Shown piece by piece: positions 10,074-19,403 of a stretch of 64,000 nucleotides of DNA. The notes under the pieces were generated by a model that did no database searches, was not told where the DNA came from, and worked only from the letters and a program-made list of their open reading frames with translations. The stretch's first letter is position 1, and each line of letters opens with the position of its first letter. The translations under genes and the position numbers were made by a program. The stretch is from Candidatus Curtissbacteria bacterium RIFCSPHIGHO2_12_FULL_41_17 (GTDB taxonomy: Bacteria > Patescibacteriota > Microgenomatia > Curtissbacterales > GWA2-41-24), in NCBI GenBank assembly GCA_001774945.1, contig MFBL01000043.1, forward strand, positions 2,782 through 66,781, written 5' to 3'.

Positions 10074-11718
10074 AAGCATTGCACTAATACTTTTAATAAG
10101 TGCCCTTTTTATTATACTCATGCTGCCATTGCAAAACAGCGTCTACAGTGATGATGTAGCTTTTTCTCAAAGTGTAAGACATTTGTTGCAAACTGGAGAA
10201 CTAAAAGTTTCGGAGTATACTGCTGCAAGTTCTATAAGCCATATTTTATGGGGGTCTCTATTCGCAAAGTTATTAGGATTTTCATTTACGTCACTGAATA
10301 TTTCCGTAATAGTACTTTTGCCGATCCTGCTTATTAGCTTTTATAAATTACTAAGGATAATTGGTGTCTCTACAGATAGAGGTTTCATCTTTACACTTTT
10401 TTTCTTTTCAATTCCCTGGATACCGTTTTTAACATACACATTCATGAGCGATATACCATTTTTAACCCTGGAAGTGTTAACAATCTTGTTCTATTTAAAA
10501 TACTCAAAAGATAAAAATGTCAAATACCTAACAGTCAGCCTGGTTTTTGCAAGCATTGCGTTTTTGGCAAGACAACTTAGCTTGGCACTCATCGCAGGTA
10601 TTGTAACTAGCATTTTATTAAACACAAAATTTTCTCTGAAAAGTGTAAAAAAAATGATCTTACCCCTTCTGATTCCACTGGTCACTATAATTTTTTATCA
10701 TATCTGGTTATCGGCGCCCGGCAATAAAACTATGCCTCAATACTTTTATGAAGATCAAATCAACGAAGTTTTAAAAAACTTCGTTCCGCTTACTAACATT
10801 TCTTTAAACATGCGCGTTTTGAACCTTTCTCTTTTTATGCATCGTACCCTTAATTACGCAAGCCAGGCGATGGGCTTACTGTTTCCGCTAATCTTTGTTT
10901 TAATTATTTCAAATATACCAAAAGTAAAGAGATTTATAAAAAGAAATTTTAGAATTATTATTTTTTCAACAACAGTAGCCGGATTGCTATACTTGCTGGA
11001 CGTTATTAATTTTAGAAAGGAATATTATGCCGGATTCCCACTTAACGAATACGAATACGAATCTTTATTCCCGATTCCATGGGCTCACATATGGAAATAT
11101 CTTGTAATCCTATCAATACCTTTTTGGTCTGTACTAATGGCAAAAACCTATACAAACGGATCGCAAAAAATAGACGCGCAAAAAAGATACCTTATAATTA
11201 CTTTTTTAGGTGTTCTCTTTATGACCGTGATTACTTTTCAGTCGTGGGATCGTTATGTACTTCCGTTGCTACCATTTGTGTTTATTTATTTAGCAAGAGT
11301 TACCAAGACATTAAAATTCAACTTATTAATATCAGTTCCAATCGTCGCATTATTTTTGATCGACGCTATTCAAATGACAAAATTAAGATATGATGAGGCC
11401 GGACTGCTTTACAAAATTGGGAATCAACTAGTACAGCAAGGAGCCGAACCTTCGACAATCGACTTAAACAGAGACCAGGGCTGGGATATCTGGTTCTATT
11501 ACGAGAAAGGAGTTCAAGAGCAAATTAAAGAAGCAAACGGAGATAAAACTAAGATAAATTTCCGCGTGTACCCCTTACCCAAAAAGAATATAAAATATGG
11601 CATCTACACGGACAGGATGATTAAATATCAAACCTTGAATATCGACGAAGATAGTTTCTTTATCATTCCTTTTAAAAGTTTGTTCGTCTCTTCAAAATTA
11701 ACATTTGTAAATTACTGA
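10057..11718 (+). CDS. GT-C-like polytopic membrane protein, third tandem paralog.
   Basis: Carries DDVAFSQSVRHL, SDIPFLTLEV, IAFLARQLS, FPIPWAHIWKY and AIQMTKLRYDE. It overlaps the previous paralog by 17 bp. Confidence 0.5.
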   Translation: MMKDTRSIALILLISALFIILMLPLQNSVYSDDVAFSQSVRHLLQTGELKVSEYTAASSISHILWGSLFAKLLGFSFTSLNISVIVLLPILLISFYKLLRIIGVSTDRGFIFTLFFFSIPWIPFLTYTFMSDIPFLTLEVLTILFYLKYSKDKNVKYLTVSLVFASIAFLARQLSLALIAGIVTSILLNTKFSLKSVKKMILPLLIPLVTIIFYHIWLSAPGNKTMPQYFYEDQINEVLKNFVPLTNISLNMRVLNLSLFMHRTLNYASQAMGLLFPLIFVLIISNIPKVKRFIKRNFRIIIFSTTVAGLLYLLDVINFRKEYYAGFPLNEYEYESLFPIPWAHIWKYLVILSIPFWSVLMAKTYTNGSQKIDAQKRYLIITFLGVLFMTVITFQSWDRYVLPLLPFVFIYLARVTKTLKFNLLISVPIVALFLIDAIQMTKLRYDEAGLLYKIGNQLVQQGAEPSTIDLNRDQGWDIWFYYEKGVQEQIKEANGDKTKINFRVYPLPKKNIKYGIYTDRMIKYQTLNIDEDSFFIIPFKSLFVSSKLTFVNY

Positions 11719-13613
11719 TGAAATTAATCAGAGCCAATTTTCTCATTATTACCATCTTTTTCGGTGTATTAATTACTCTCAGTCTTCCGCATATATTCCG
11801 CTATCTTGCACTCGGTTCAAAATACACGACGCTCATCATAAGCGGGCCATCAGCAACTGCGACAAGCTGGGAAGAAACTTATACTTACGCAACGGAAGCA
11901 AACAGAATTAAAAACAACCAGCCAATCAATGACCCGTATATTTATGAATACAGAAACAAGCCTTCTCCATTAATCTCCGAATTAGTTCCGTCTGTTCTTT
12001 TGGGAGTACCCGCCAAAGTATTATCAACATCTTTAGTTTTTATACTGGCAAAAATCTTCGTTTTACCGCTTACAATTTTCGTATGGTACCTTATAGCCAG
12101 ACAACTTGGCTATTCAAAAAAAGCCAGTATTTGCGCAGCCCTAACAAGTTTTATCTTACAGAAGCTTTTTGTCTACATTCCATATTTTCCTAAAATATTC
12201 TCTTACGAATTTGATGGCTACCTTGAAGCCCAAAGAATTTATTTTCCCCTGATATCCTCGTTTATTACATCAATCACTATCTTATTTATTTTAAAAATTC
12301 TGGATAATAGATTCCCACGGCCTAAAGGCCGTGGTTCTCTAGTCTTCGCTCAAAATTCGCTTCATCTTCGGCAGATACAGTGCCATGCGGTCCTCGTCCT
12401 TCGGACTGCGGGCCTAAAATGCTGGAGTTTTTTCGCTCAGAATAAAAAAATGAAGTATGTACTATTAGCCGGAATATTACCGGGCTTACTTTTTTATACC
12501 TACTTTTTTGCATGGACCTTAATTTGGTCGTCACTAATATTATTTTTAATCAGTTTGAAAATATCCGGCTGGCACATCCAGGCAAAAAAATTACTTGCTG
12601 TTCTGGCAGTTGGATTATTAATCGGCCTTCCTTATTTTCTAAACTTACTGTTCTTTTATCAAAATCCATCGAGAAGCGATTTCATTTTAAGGACCATAAG
12701 TTTCCCAATAATTGATTGGAATATACCGATAATATTCAGGTTTTTGACATTTTTTTGTTTGATTACTTTTTTTGGTAAAAAATGGTTAAAAAGTCCCGAC
12801 AAAAGATTATTAATCTTAATCTACTTAACGGCGGCATTTTTGCCCTTAGTCTCAAAAATAATTTTTCAGGCGGATAACCAAACAGACCATTGGTACGAGC
12901 GTTTCTTATACCCATTATCAACCTTTTTACTTGTTCTTTTTGCGGCCGACATAAAACAACTAGGCCTCAAAATCAAAAATTTTATTTTTCTGGCATTTTT
13001 ACTTTTGGCAATTCTGAAGTTTGATATTAGTATTTACAACGAGATCAAAAGACCATCCGAATATTTCACAATTGGTCTACCCCGACTAGATCTTTATCAT
13101 TGGATGGCCAAAAATCTGCCAAAAAACAGCGTAGTTGGATCACTAAGTTTTAAGGAAGAAATCTATTTGACGGCATACACGCCTCTCTATGCTTATCTGC
13201 CTCAAGCATACAAAACAATAGCGCCGACAAAAGAAATTACGGATAGATATTTATTTCTGGCTCGCCAAATCGGTGTTGGTCCCGAATTTATAAAACAAGT
13301 CTTTATCATGCCCGACCAGTCTTACAGTAACCCTGATTCAATTCAGGCAAAGGACGGTAACGGCTTTATGGTTCTTCTCGGTATCGCCAACCATTTCGAC
13401 AAGTTTCCATACCCGTCTCACTACAAAATACAACAAGATTTAGTCCAGTCGCTCAACAAATCGATAAATCAAATCGGCCGTCTTGATTATTTATTGATAG
13501 GCCCATTAGAAAGAGAAGCATCTCCAGATTTTGCCAAAAACACCAAATGCCAGCTTATATTCCAAAATGTCACATACAAACTCTACCGCTTCCACAATTG
13601 TTCTGTCCGGTAA
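11718..13613 (+). CDS. Large polytopic membrane protein of unknown function. It contains an atypical GC-rich in-frame insert at ~12312-12433.
   Basis: A 631-aa ORF with many hydrophobic helices. The internal segment RFPRPKGRGSLVFAQNSLHLRQIQCHAVLVLRTAGLKCWSFFAQNKK is basic and non-hydrophobic, and its codons are GC-rich, unlike the flanks. Confidence 0.4.
   Translation: MKLIRANFLIITIFFGVLITLSLPHIFRYLALGSKYTTLIISGPSATATSWEETYTYATEANRIKNNQPINDPYIYEYRNKPSPLISELVPSVLLGVPAKVLSTSLVFILAKIFVLPLTIFVWYLIARQLGYSKKASICAALTSFILQKLFVYIPYFPKIFSYEFDGYLEAQRIYFPLISSFITSITILFILKILDNRFPRPKGRGSLVFAQNSLHLRQIQCHAVLVLRTAGLKCWSFFAQNKKMKYVLLAGILPGLLFYTYFFAWTLIWSSLILFLISLKISGWHIQAKKLLAVLAVGLLIGLPYFLNLLFFYQNPSRSDFILRTISFPIIDWNIPIIFRFLTFFCLITFFGKKWLKSPDKRLLILIYLTAAFLPLVSKIIFQADNQTDHWYERFLYPLSTFLLVLFAADIKQLGLKIKNFIFLAFLLLAILKFDISIYNEIKRPSEYFTIGLPRLDLYHWMAKNLPKNSVVGSLSFKEEIYLTAYTPLYAYLPQAYKTIAPTKEITDRYLFLARQIGVGPEFIKQVFIMPDQSYSNPDSIQAKDGNGFMVLLGIANHFDKFPYPSHYKIQQDLVQSLNKSINQIGRLDYLLIGPLEREASPDFAKNTKCQLIFQNVTYKLYRFHNCSVR
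12312..12433. other. GC-rich structured element (possible small RNA or miniature insertion) embedded in-frame in the ORF.
   Basis: The span is roughly 50-60% GC against a ~33% background. There is a perfect 8-bp hairpin ccacggcc-taaa-ggccgtgg (12315..12334). A second hairpin gtcc-ttc-ggac lies at 12396..12406. A T6 run follows at 12428..12433. Confidence 0.3.
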
Positions 13614-13689
13614 CTCAAAAAATGCGTATCAAACCAAAAATATGTGATAAAATTTGCTTCAGCAAACGATATAATCATAAGCAAAATTT

Positions 13690-14784
13690 ATGATTCCCGT
13701 TATTGACCTGAAAATTACGGAAAAGCAAAACAGAGCGATAAAAAAACGCGTTTCAAAAGTCATAGATTCCAGGTCTTATATTTTGGGAAAAGAGCTTGAT
13801 GCTTTCGAAAAAGAATTCGCCAAAATCACTAAGGTAAAAAAAGCCATTGGGGTAGGTAATGGTACCGACGCCCTGAGACTTTCTCTTAGAGCTTTGGGTA
13901 TTGGCGCCGGTGACAAGGTTTTAACAGTGTCTCTCACATCGCCTTTTACAGCTATTGCCATAATAGAAGAAGGGGCGGTACCGGTTTTTTGCGATGTGGA
14001 CGAAAATACATGGACAATTGATCCTCGCGACATCATCAAACGGATAGACAAAAAAGTGAAAGCCATCATTCCTGTGCATCTTTATGGCAATCCGTCAGAC
14101 ATGAAATCAATAAATAAAATCGCAAAAAAATTTAATCTAAAAGTCGTAGAAGATGCCTGTCAAGCCCATTTGGCTCAAATAGATAATATTTTAGTTGGAA
14201 ACTGGGGAGATGCAGCAGCCTTTAGTTTTTACCCGACAAAAAATCTCGGCGCGATGGGTGATGCCGGAGCGGTAGTAACCAATAACGGCCAGCTTGCAAA
14301 GCACATTAGAATTTTAAGACATGGCGGTCAAACAAAAAGGTTTTGGCATGCGTACAGTGGGTTCAACAGCAGGCTTGATGAAATTCAAGCGGCAGTTTTA
14401 AGAGTAAAATTGAAATCACTAAAAAAACACAACACCAGCAGGTCAAAAATTGCTCGCACATACAAACAAGAATTAGCGAATCTCCCGATTTCATTTCAGC
14501 AAGCAGTTATTGGCGGAAAATCGGCAAACCACTTATTCGTGATAAGAGTAAAGCAGCGCGATAAGTTACATAAATATTTGCTCCAAAACGGGGTCGCAAG
14601 CGACATATATTACCCTTACCCGGTCCACGTCCAACCGGCATTTAAGAAGTTTTCGTCAGGCAGTCTGCCAATCACCGAAAAACTTACAAAAGAGTTGCTC
14701 GCTCTGCCATTTTATCCGAATCTCTCTGCGCCGGACCAGAAAAGGGTAATTCGAGCGATAAAAAGTTTCTTTAAAAATAACTAG
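13690..14784 (+). CDS. DegT-family PLP-dependent sugar aminotransferase.
   Basis: Carries FSFYPTKNLGAMGDAGAV with the PLP lysine. The N-terminal region (ILGKELDAFEKEFA...DKVLTVSLTSPFTAIA) fits the family. Confidence 0.8.
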   Translation: MIPVIDLKITEKQNRAIKKRVSKVIDSRSYILGKELDAFEKEFAKITKVKKAIGVGNGTDALRLSLRALGIGAGDKVLTVSLTSPFTAIAIIEEGAVPVFCDVDENTWTIDPRDIIKRIDKKVKAIIPVHLYGNPSDMKSINKIAKKFNLKVVEDACQAHLAQIDNILVGNWGDAAAFSFYPTKNLGAMGDAGAVVTNNGQLAKHIRILRHGGQTKRFWHAYSGFNSRLDEIQAAVLRVKLKSLKKHNTSRSKIARTYKQELANLPISFQQAVIGGKSANHLFVIRVKQRDKLHKYLLQNGVASDIYYPYPVHVQPAFKKFSSGSLPITEKLTKELLALPFYPNLSAPDQKRVIRAIKSFFKNN

Positions 14785-14831
14785 ATTCTCTGTGAATGAA
14801 GTATATTCTGTGCTAGAATTAGCTTCAACTC

Positions 14832-15809
14832 ATGCGTGTAAAACAAAAAATAATTGGAGTCACCGGTGCAGCCGGTTTCATTGGTAGTCATTTATGCGAG
14901 AAATTATTAAATAATGGTTACAAAGTAATAGCTGTCGACAATTTGTCAAAAGGCAGTAAAAATAACATACGAGATTCCCTGAAAAACAAGAGTTTTAATT
15001 TTTTTAAGGCTGACATAAGCAATCCAAAAACAGCAAGGAAGTCATTTGCCAACGTAGACGGTGTTGTCCATCTAGCTGCCTCTAAAATCCCAAGGTACGG
15101 AGGAAGGCTGGAAACTTTACTTGTAAACACCGAGGGAACAAAAAATATCTTAGAGGCGATAAAAAATAAGAAATCAAAGTTCATCTTTGCTTCGACGCCA
15201 GATGTCTACGGCAAAAACCCCAAAATACCATTTTCGGAAGACAGTGATCTTACTGTCGGTTCACCGGAGGTGGCAAGATGGGCCTATGCGGCTTCTAAAA
15301 TTTTTGACGAGCATCTTTGTTTTGGGTATTGGGAAGAATATAAAGTTCCTTTTGTCATTCTACGTCTATTTGGAGTTTATGGTCCGCGTCAGCACAGAAG
15401 CTGGTGGGGAGGGCCGCAAGCGCTTTTTATAGACAAGATCATAGCCGGAAAAGAAATTGAGATCCATGGTGATGGTCACCAGACAAGAACTTTTATTTAT
15501 ATCGATGATGTTGTTGAAGCACTCATTAAATCTATATCGTCCGAAAAAGCGAATAACCAAATAATTAACATCGGTACAACGCATGAAATTTCCATTATCG
15601 AACTTGGAAAATTAATTTCTAAACTTCTCCAAAAACCGCTCAAGATTAAAAAAGTACCGTATCGGTCTTTTACAGGCAAGAAATATGAAGATGTGAGAAG
15701 AAGGACTCCGACAATTAAAAAAGCTAAAGAGTTATTAAATTGGGAGCCAAAAGTCTCATTGGCTGAAGGACTTAAAGAAACAATAAGTTGGCACTTAAAA
15801 ACTAAATGA
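14832..15809 (+). CDS. UDP-glucuronate decarboxylase / UDP-xylose synthase-like SDR (ArnA C-domain-like).
   Basis: Carries GVTGAAGFIGSHL, YAASK and DGHQTRTFIYIDDVVEAL, which resembles the UXS signature G-x-Q-T-R-S-F-x-Y-V-x-D. Confidence 0.65.
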   Translation: MRVKQKIIGVTGAAGFIGSHLCEKLLNNGYKVIAVDNLSKGSKNNIRDSLKNKSFNFFKADISNPKTARKSFANVDGVVHLAASKIPRYGGRLETLLVNTEGTKNILEAIKNKKSKFIFASTPDVYGKNPKIPFSEDSDLTVGSPEVARWAYAASKIFDEHLCFGYWEEYKVPFVILRLFGVYGPRQHRSWWGGPQALFIDKIIAGKEIEIHGDGHQTRTFIYIDDVVEALIKSISSEKANNQIINIGTTHEISIIELGKLISKLLQKPLKIKKVPYRSFTGKKYEDVRRRTPTIKKAKELLNWEPKVSLAEGLKETISWHLKTK

Positions 15810-16537
15810 TTTACTTTCTAATTCCCTCTTTTAACGACTGTGAAAACTTTGCCGATTTGCTTAAAAATATTGCAAAGACCATAAAGCGCCAGAGATATAA
15901 AGTAACTATTGTCAACGACGGCTCTACAGATAAAACAAAGCAGGTTATAAAGGAGCTTTCAAAGAAATATCCGGTCACAATGATTGGCTATGATAAAAAC
16001 AGAGGACCGGGATACGCTTTTAAATTTGGTTTTAATTATTTAATCCCAAGACTCAAAGCCGATGATTTAGTAATAACTATGGAGGCGGACAACACTGCAG
16101 ATTATTTTATTCTTAAAAGAATGATTCAAGAATCCAATAACTTCGATGTGATACTAGCATCACCATATTCCGGGGCAGGGGCTTTTTTAGGCATAAATTT
16201 ACAAAGAAAAATTTTAGGACACGTTGCCAGTATTTTAGATCGCTTTATCTTTAGATTAAAAAACATTAAAACGTACTCGTCATTTTATAGAATTTACAGG
16301 GTAGCGATTCTTAAAAAGGCGAAAAAAGTATATGGTGATAAATTCATTACCGAAGATGGCTTTTCGTCTGTTATAGAGATTTTGATCAAGCTTGCAAAAG
16401 TTGACGCAAAATTTACCGAAGTTCCAGCAGTCGTTGACTGGAGGAGTCGGAAGGGTAAAAGCAAAATGAAAATTACAAAAACAATAACTCGCCATCTAAG
16501 ATTATACCAAGAATATCTTCAAGGAAAATATAACTAA
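15806..16537 (+). CDS. GT2 polyprenyl-phosphate sugar synthase (DPM1/ArnC-like, soluble form).
   Basis: Has the VTIVNDGSTDKT motif, and MEADNTADY provides the DxD-like region. Its start overlaps the upstream stop (ATGA). Confidence 0.6.
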   Translation: MIYFLIPSFNDCENFADLLKNIAKTIKRQRYKVTIVNDGSTDKTKQVIKELSKKYPVTMIGYDKNRGPGYAFKFGFNYLIPRLKADDLVITMEADNTADYFILKRMIQESNNFDVILASPYSGAGAFLGINLQRKILGHVASILDRFIFRLKNIKTYSSFYRIYRVAILKKAKKVYGDKFITEDGFSSVIEILIKLAKVDAKFTEVPAVVDWRSRKGKSKMKITKTITRHLRLYQEYLQGKYN

Positions 16538-17589
16538 TGAAAACGAAAATAGTTTCAATAGTTGGTGCGAGACCGAATCTTATTAAATTGGCAGCTTTAC
16601 ATCCTAGACTTCGCAAAGATTTCAACCATATCATAATCCATACAGGACAGCATTATGATTTAGAGCTTTCAAAACATTTTTTCGATGAGCTGGATATTCC
16701 AGAGCCCAACTATAATCTACATGTCGGCTCAGCGACTCATGGAATCCAAACAGCTAGAATCCTTTCTGGATGCGAAAGGATTCTACTGACTGAAAAGCCC
16801 TTTACTGTCTTGGTCTATGGGGATACAAATTCGACATTGGGAGGGGCTCTAGCTGCTGCAAAATTGCGTATCCCGACTGTGCACATTGAATCCGGGATGA
16901 GAAGTTACGATCGGTCAATGCCCGAAGAGATAAATAGAGTAATTACGGATCATATTTCATCATTATTATTGTGTCCTTCTGCTTCTGCTGCCAAATTTCT
17001 TAAAAAAGAAGGAATTACCAAAAACGTATTTTTTACTGGCGACGTTATGTACGATATTTTTTTAAAAATTAAGCCCAACCATCTGGTTTTGAAAAGATTT
17101 AATTTGAAGCCCAAAAGTTACTATTTTGCAACTGTCCATCGCCAAGAAAATACAGACAACCTTCAACGTCTTCGTCAAATATTTAATATTTTTGAAGCTT
17201 TAGATAGACCAGTTATTTTGCCAATCCATCCCAGAACTAGGAAAGCTCTTTCTCGAATTAAAATAAGTCTAAAAAATACTAAACTTGTAGAACCTGTCAA
17301 ATTTTCCGATAATATTGCCCTTGAACAGAATTCTTCGGTGATATTGACAGATTCTGGCGGCATTCAAAAAGAAGCCTATTGGTTAAGAATTCCCTGTCTG
17401 ACTCTACGAAATACTTCGGAATGGCTCGAAACAGTTAAAAGCGGGTGGAATCATATTACGGATTTAGATAGTGAACTTATCTTAAAATATACGACACAAA
17501 GGGTTAAACAATCTAAAACACACCCCCAATATTATGGAAAGGGCGATTCTGCTAAAAAGATAATCGATGTCATCAAGAAATGGCTATGA
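16537..17589 (+). CDS. UDP-N-acetylglucosamine 2-epimerase (WecB/WbpI family).
   Basis: Carries IVGARPNLIKLAAL, HTGQHYD and HIESGMRSYDRSMPEEINRVITDH, all family hallmarks. Confidence 0.8.
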   Translation: MKTKIVSIVGARPNLIKLAALHPRLRKDFNHIIIHTGQHYDLELSKHFFDELDIPEPNYNLHVGSATHGIQTARILSGCERILLTEKPFTVLVYGDTNSTLGGALAAAKLRIPTVHIESGMRSYDRSMPEEINRVITDHISSLLLCPSASAAKFLKKEGITKNVFFTGDVMYDIFLKIKPNHLVLKRFNLKPKSYYFATVHRQENTDNLQRLRQIFNIFEALDRPVILPIHPRTRKALSRIKISLKNTKLVEPVKFSDNIALEQNSSVILTDSGGIQKEAYWLRIPCLTLRNTSEWLETVKSGWNHITDLDSELILKYTTQRVKQSKTHPQYYGKGDSAKKIIDVIKKWL

Positions 17590-19403
17590 TAATTTGCGAT
17601 TTTGATGGTACAATTATTGACCCGTCGGAGAGACTTTACAAGGTTTATTCAAATTGCTGTTCTCTTCTTAAAATTAAACCATTATCTCAAAAAAGATTTA
17701 TAAATCTTAAAAGGTCAGGAAAGTCCGAAGTTGAGTTCATTAGTCCAGTAAAAGCTAGGGAAAAATACAGAAAAATTTTCAAGGAAAAAATAGAAGAAAA
17801 AAAATATTTAAGGTTGGACAGAATTTATCAATATGCAAAAGATTTCCTTGAGGATAATTATAAAAAAAATGAAATATTTTTAATGACTAATCGGCAAAAT
17901 AGAAAAAATCTGTTTTGGCAACTAGATTATTTGGAAATTAGAAAGTTCTTTCAAAAAATTATTCTTGCAAAAGAAGCAAACAAAAGTCTTCAATTTCTTA
18001 AATCACGGCATTTATACTTTATTGGTGACACAGAATTGGATATTAAGTTAGGGAGGAAATTATCTGCTTTCACAATTGCTGTAGACTATGGATTAAGAAC
18101 AAGGCGTTATTTGAAAAATTTTAAACCAGATAAAATTGTTTCCTTCCTCAAAGATATTAAATTTCCTACAGAAGACGTATTCATTCTTAAGACTTTGAAT
18201 AAAGGTCTTCAGCAGGTTAGAGATAGGACGGTTTTCATAGATTTGAGTAAAGAGCCTAGCCTATATGATTTGTTTAGAGTATTAAGAAAACAGCCTAAGA
18301 TGGTATTGATTAACGGGAAAGGATTTGTTGATCATTATGCCGTATTAGCGTCAGAGTTTGGGATTCCGCTAATTCCCGTACTTAAAAAAGATTCGCAAAG
18401 CGTCTTAAAGGTTTCCTCCCATACTATTCCAATTAAAAATAGTCATGTTATGGATCAAGACTCACAAGGCCAGCTTAAAACTGCTTCTAAATTAAAAATA
18501 AACCTTGGCAATAGCGAAATTCTTAAAAAATACCCTGAATTAGTTGAACTTAGCGACGGCATTGGTTTTTTGAGGACAGAATTTATACTTCTTTCTGTTC
18601 TAGAGGGTTTACATCCACAGTACTTTATCGATAAATTCGGGAAAAAGACATTGATAAAAAAATTCACAGTTGAAATGCTAAAGATAGTTTCAAAGTTCGA
18701 CAAAAAAAATAAACCGGTTTGGATACGTACGAATGATTTTTCAACAGATGAACTAAGACTGTTTAAATACGGAAATAGGTTCGAGAAAACGGAGCCTAAC
18801 CCCGCTCTTGGTTTCAGAGGAATAAGAAGAACTCTTGATGAGAAATTCTTATTAGAGGTAGAACTATCCGTATTCGATAATCTAATTAAAAATGGTATTA
18901 AAAATCTTGGCGTTTTTCCACCAATGGTTAGGTTCCCTGATGAATTCATTTCATTTGAAAAGATCATAAAAGAAAGATTTAAACATAAACTAAAGATAGG
19001 GTTGATGGTTGAAACGCCAGCTATTGCTCTGGCCTTTCACAACATAGTTAAAAAACTTGACTTTATGATATTTGGGTCCAATGATTTAACTCAATTCACT
19101 TTAGCTCTTGATAGGCAAAACCCGAATCTGGCGAAGTATTTCGATGGGAGAAATGAGTCGGTTATGTTCCTTTTCAATATCGTGATCGATTTGTGCAACA
19201 AGTTTAATGTCGAATCTTTCATTGGTGGTCAAGCTGCGAATGATTGGGAAACGGCCAAATTACTATTAAAACTTGGCATTTCCGGACTTTCTGTTTCACC
19301 TGACCCTTCTAGCTTTTCTAGAATGAGGGGCCTGATCTATAAATGGGAAAATAAACATAGTTTTTCTGTGAGTAAGCCAAGCTTTTCTGTGAATAAAAAA
19401 TGA
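17580..19403 (+). CDS. Fusion protein: N-terminal HAD-superfamily hydrolase domain plus a PEP-utilizing enzyme phospho-His swivel domain and a PEP/pyruvate-binding TIM barrel (Enzyme I / pyruvate phosphate dikinase (PPDK) / PEP synthase-like).
   Basis: HAD motifs are DFDGT (I), MTNR (II) and GDTELD (IV). The central VDHYAVLASEFGIPLIPV resembles GGRTSHAAIIARELGIPAV of Enzyme I (catalytic His). The C-terminal GIGFLRTEFILL and FGSNDLTQFTLALDR match PtsI GLFRTEFLYM and IGTNDLTQYTLAVDR. Confidence 0.65.
   Translation: MAMIICDFDGTIIDPSERLYKVYSNCCSLLKIKPLSQKRFINLKRSGKSEVEFISPVKAREKYRKIFKEKIEEKKYLRLDRIYQYAKDFLEDNYKKNEIFLMTNRQNRKNLFWQLDYLEIRKFFQKIILAKEANKSLQFLKSRHLYFIGDTELDIKLGRKLSAFTIAVDYGLRTRRYLKNFKPDKIVSFLKDIKFPTEDVFILKTLNKGLQQVRDRTVFIDLSKEPSLYDLFRVLRKQPKMVLINGKGFVDHYAVLASEFGIPLIPVLKKDSQSVLKVSSHTIPIKNSHVMDQDSQGQLKTASKLKINLGNSEILKKYPELVELSDGIGFLRTEFILLSVLEGLHPQYFIDKFGKKTLIKKFTVEMLKIVSKFDKKNKPVWIRTNDFSTDELRLFKYGNRFEKTEPNPALGFRGIRRTLDEKFLLEVELSVFDNLIKNGIKNLGVFPPMVRFPDEFISFEKIIKERFKHKLKIGLMVETPAIALAFHNIVKKLDFMIFGSNDLTQFTLALDRQNPNLAKYFDGRNESVMFLFNIVIDLCNKFNVESFIGGQAANDWETAKLLLKLGISGLSVSPDPSSFSRMRGLIYKWENKHSFSVSKPSFSVNKK

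Noticed and set aside
12312-12433. Tested the GC-rich insert by eye for a tRNA cloverleaf or an SRP/4.5S RNA domain IV.
   Set aside because: I found no 7-bp acceptor stem with a T-loop GTTCRANYC, and no clear GNRA-tetraloop/AGCAG SRP motif on either strand. I therefore call it only an unclassified structured element. An Rfam scan is needed.
11718-13613. Considered splitting this ORF into two genes at the GC-rich insert.
   Set aside because: There is no in-frame stop codon between 11718 and 13613, so a simple two-gene model is not supported by the sequence as given. A second start at 12450 remains possible if the upstream part is a pseudogene or the assembly is chimeric.
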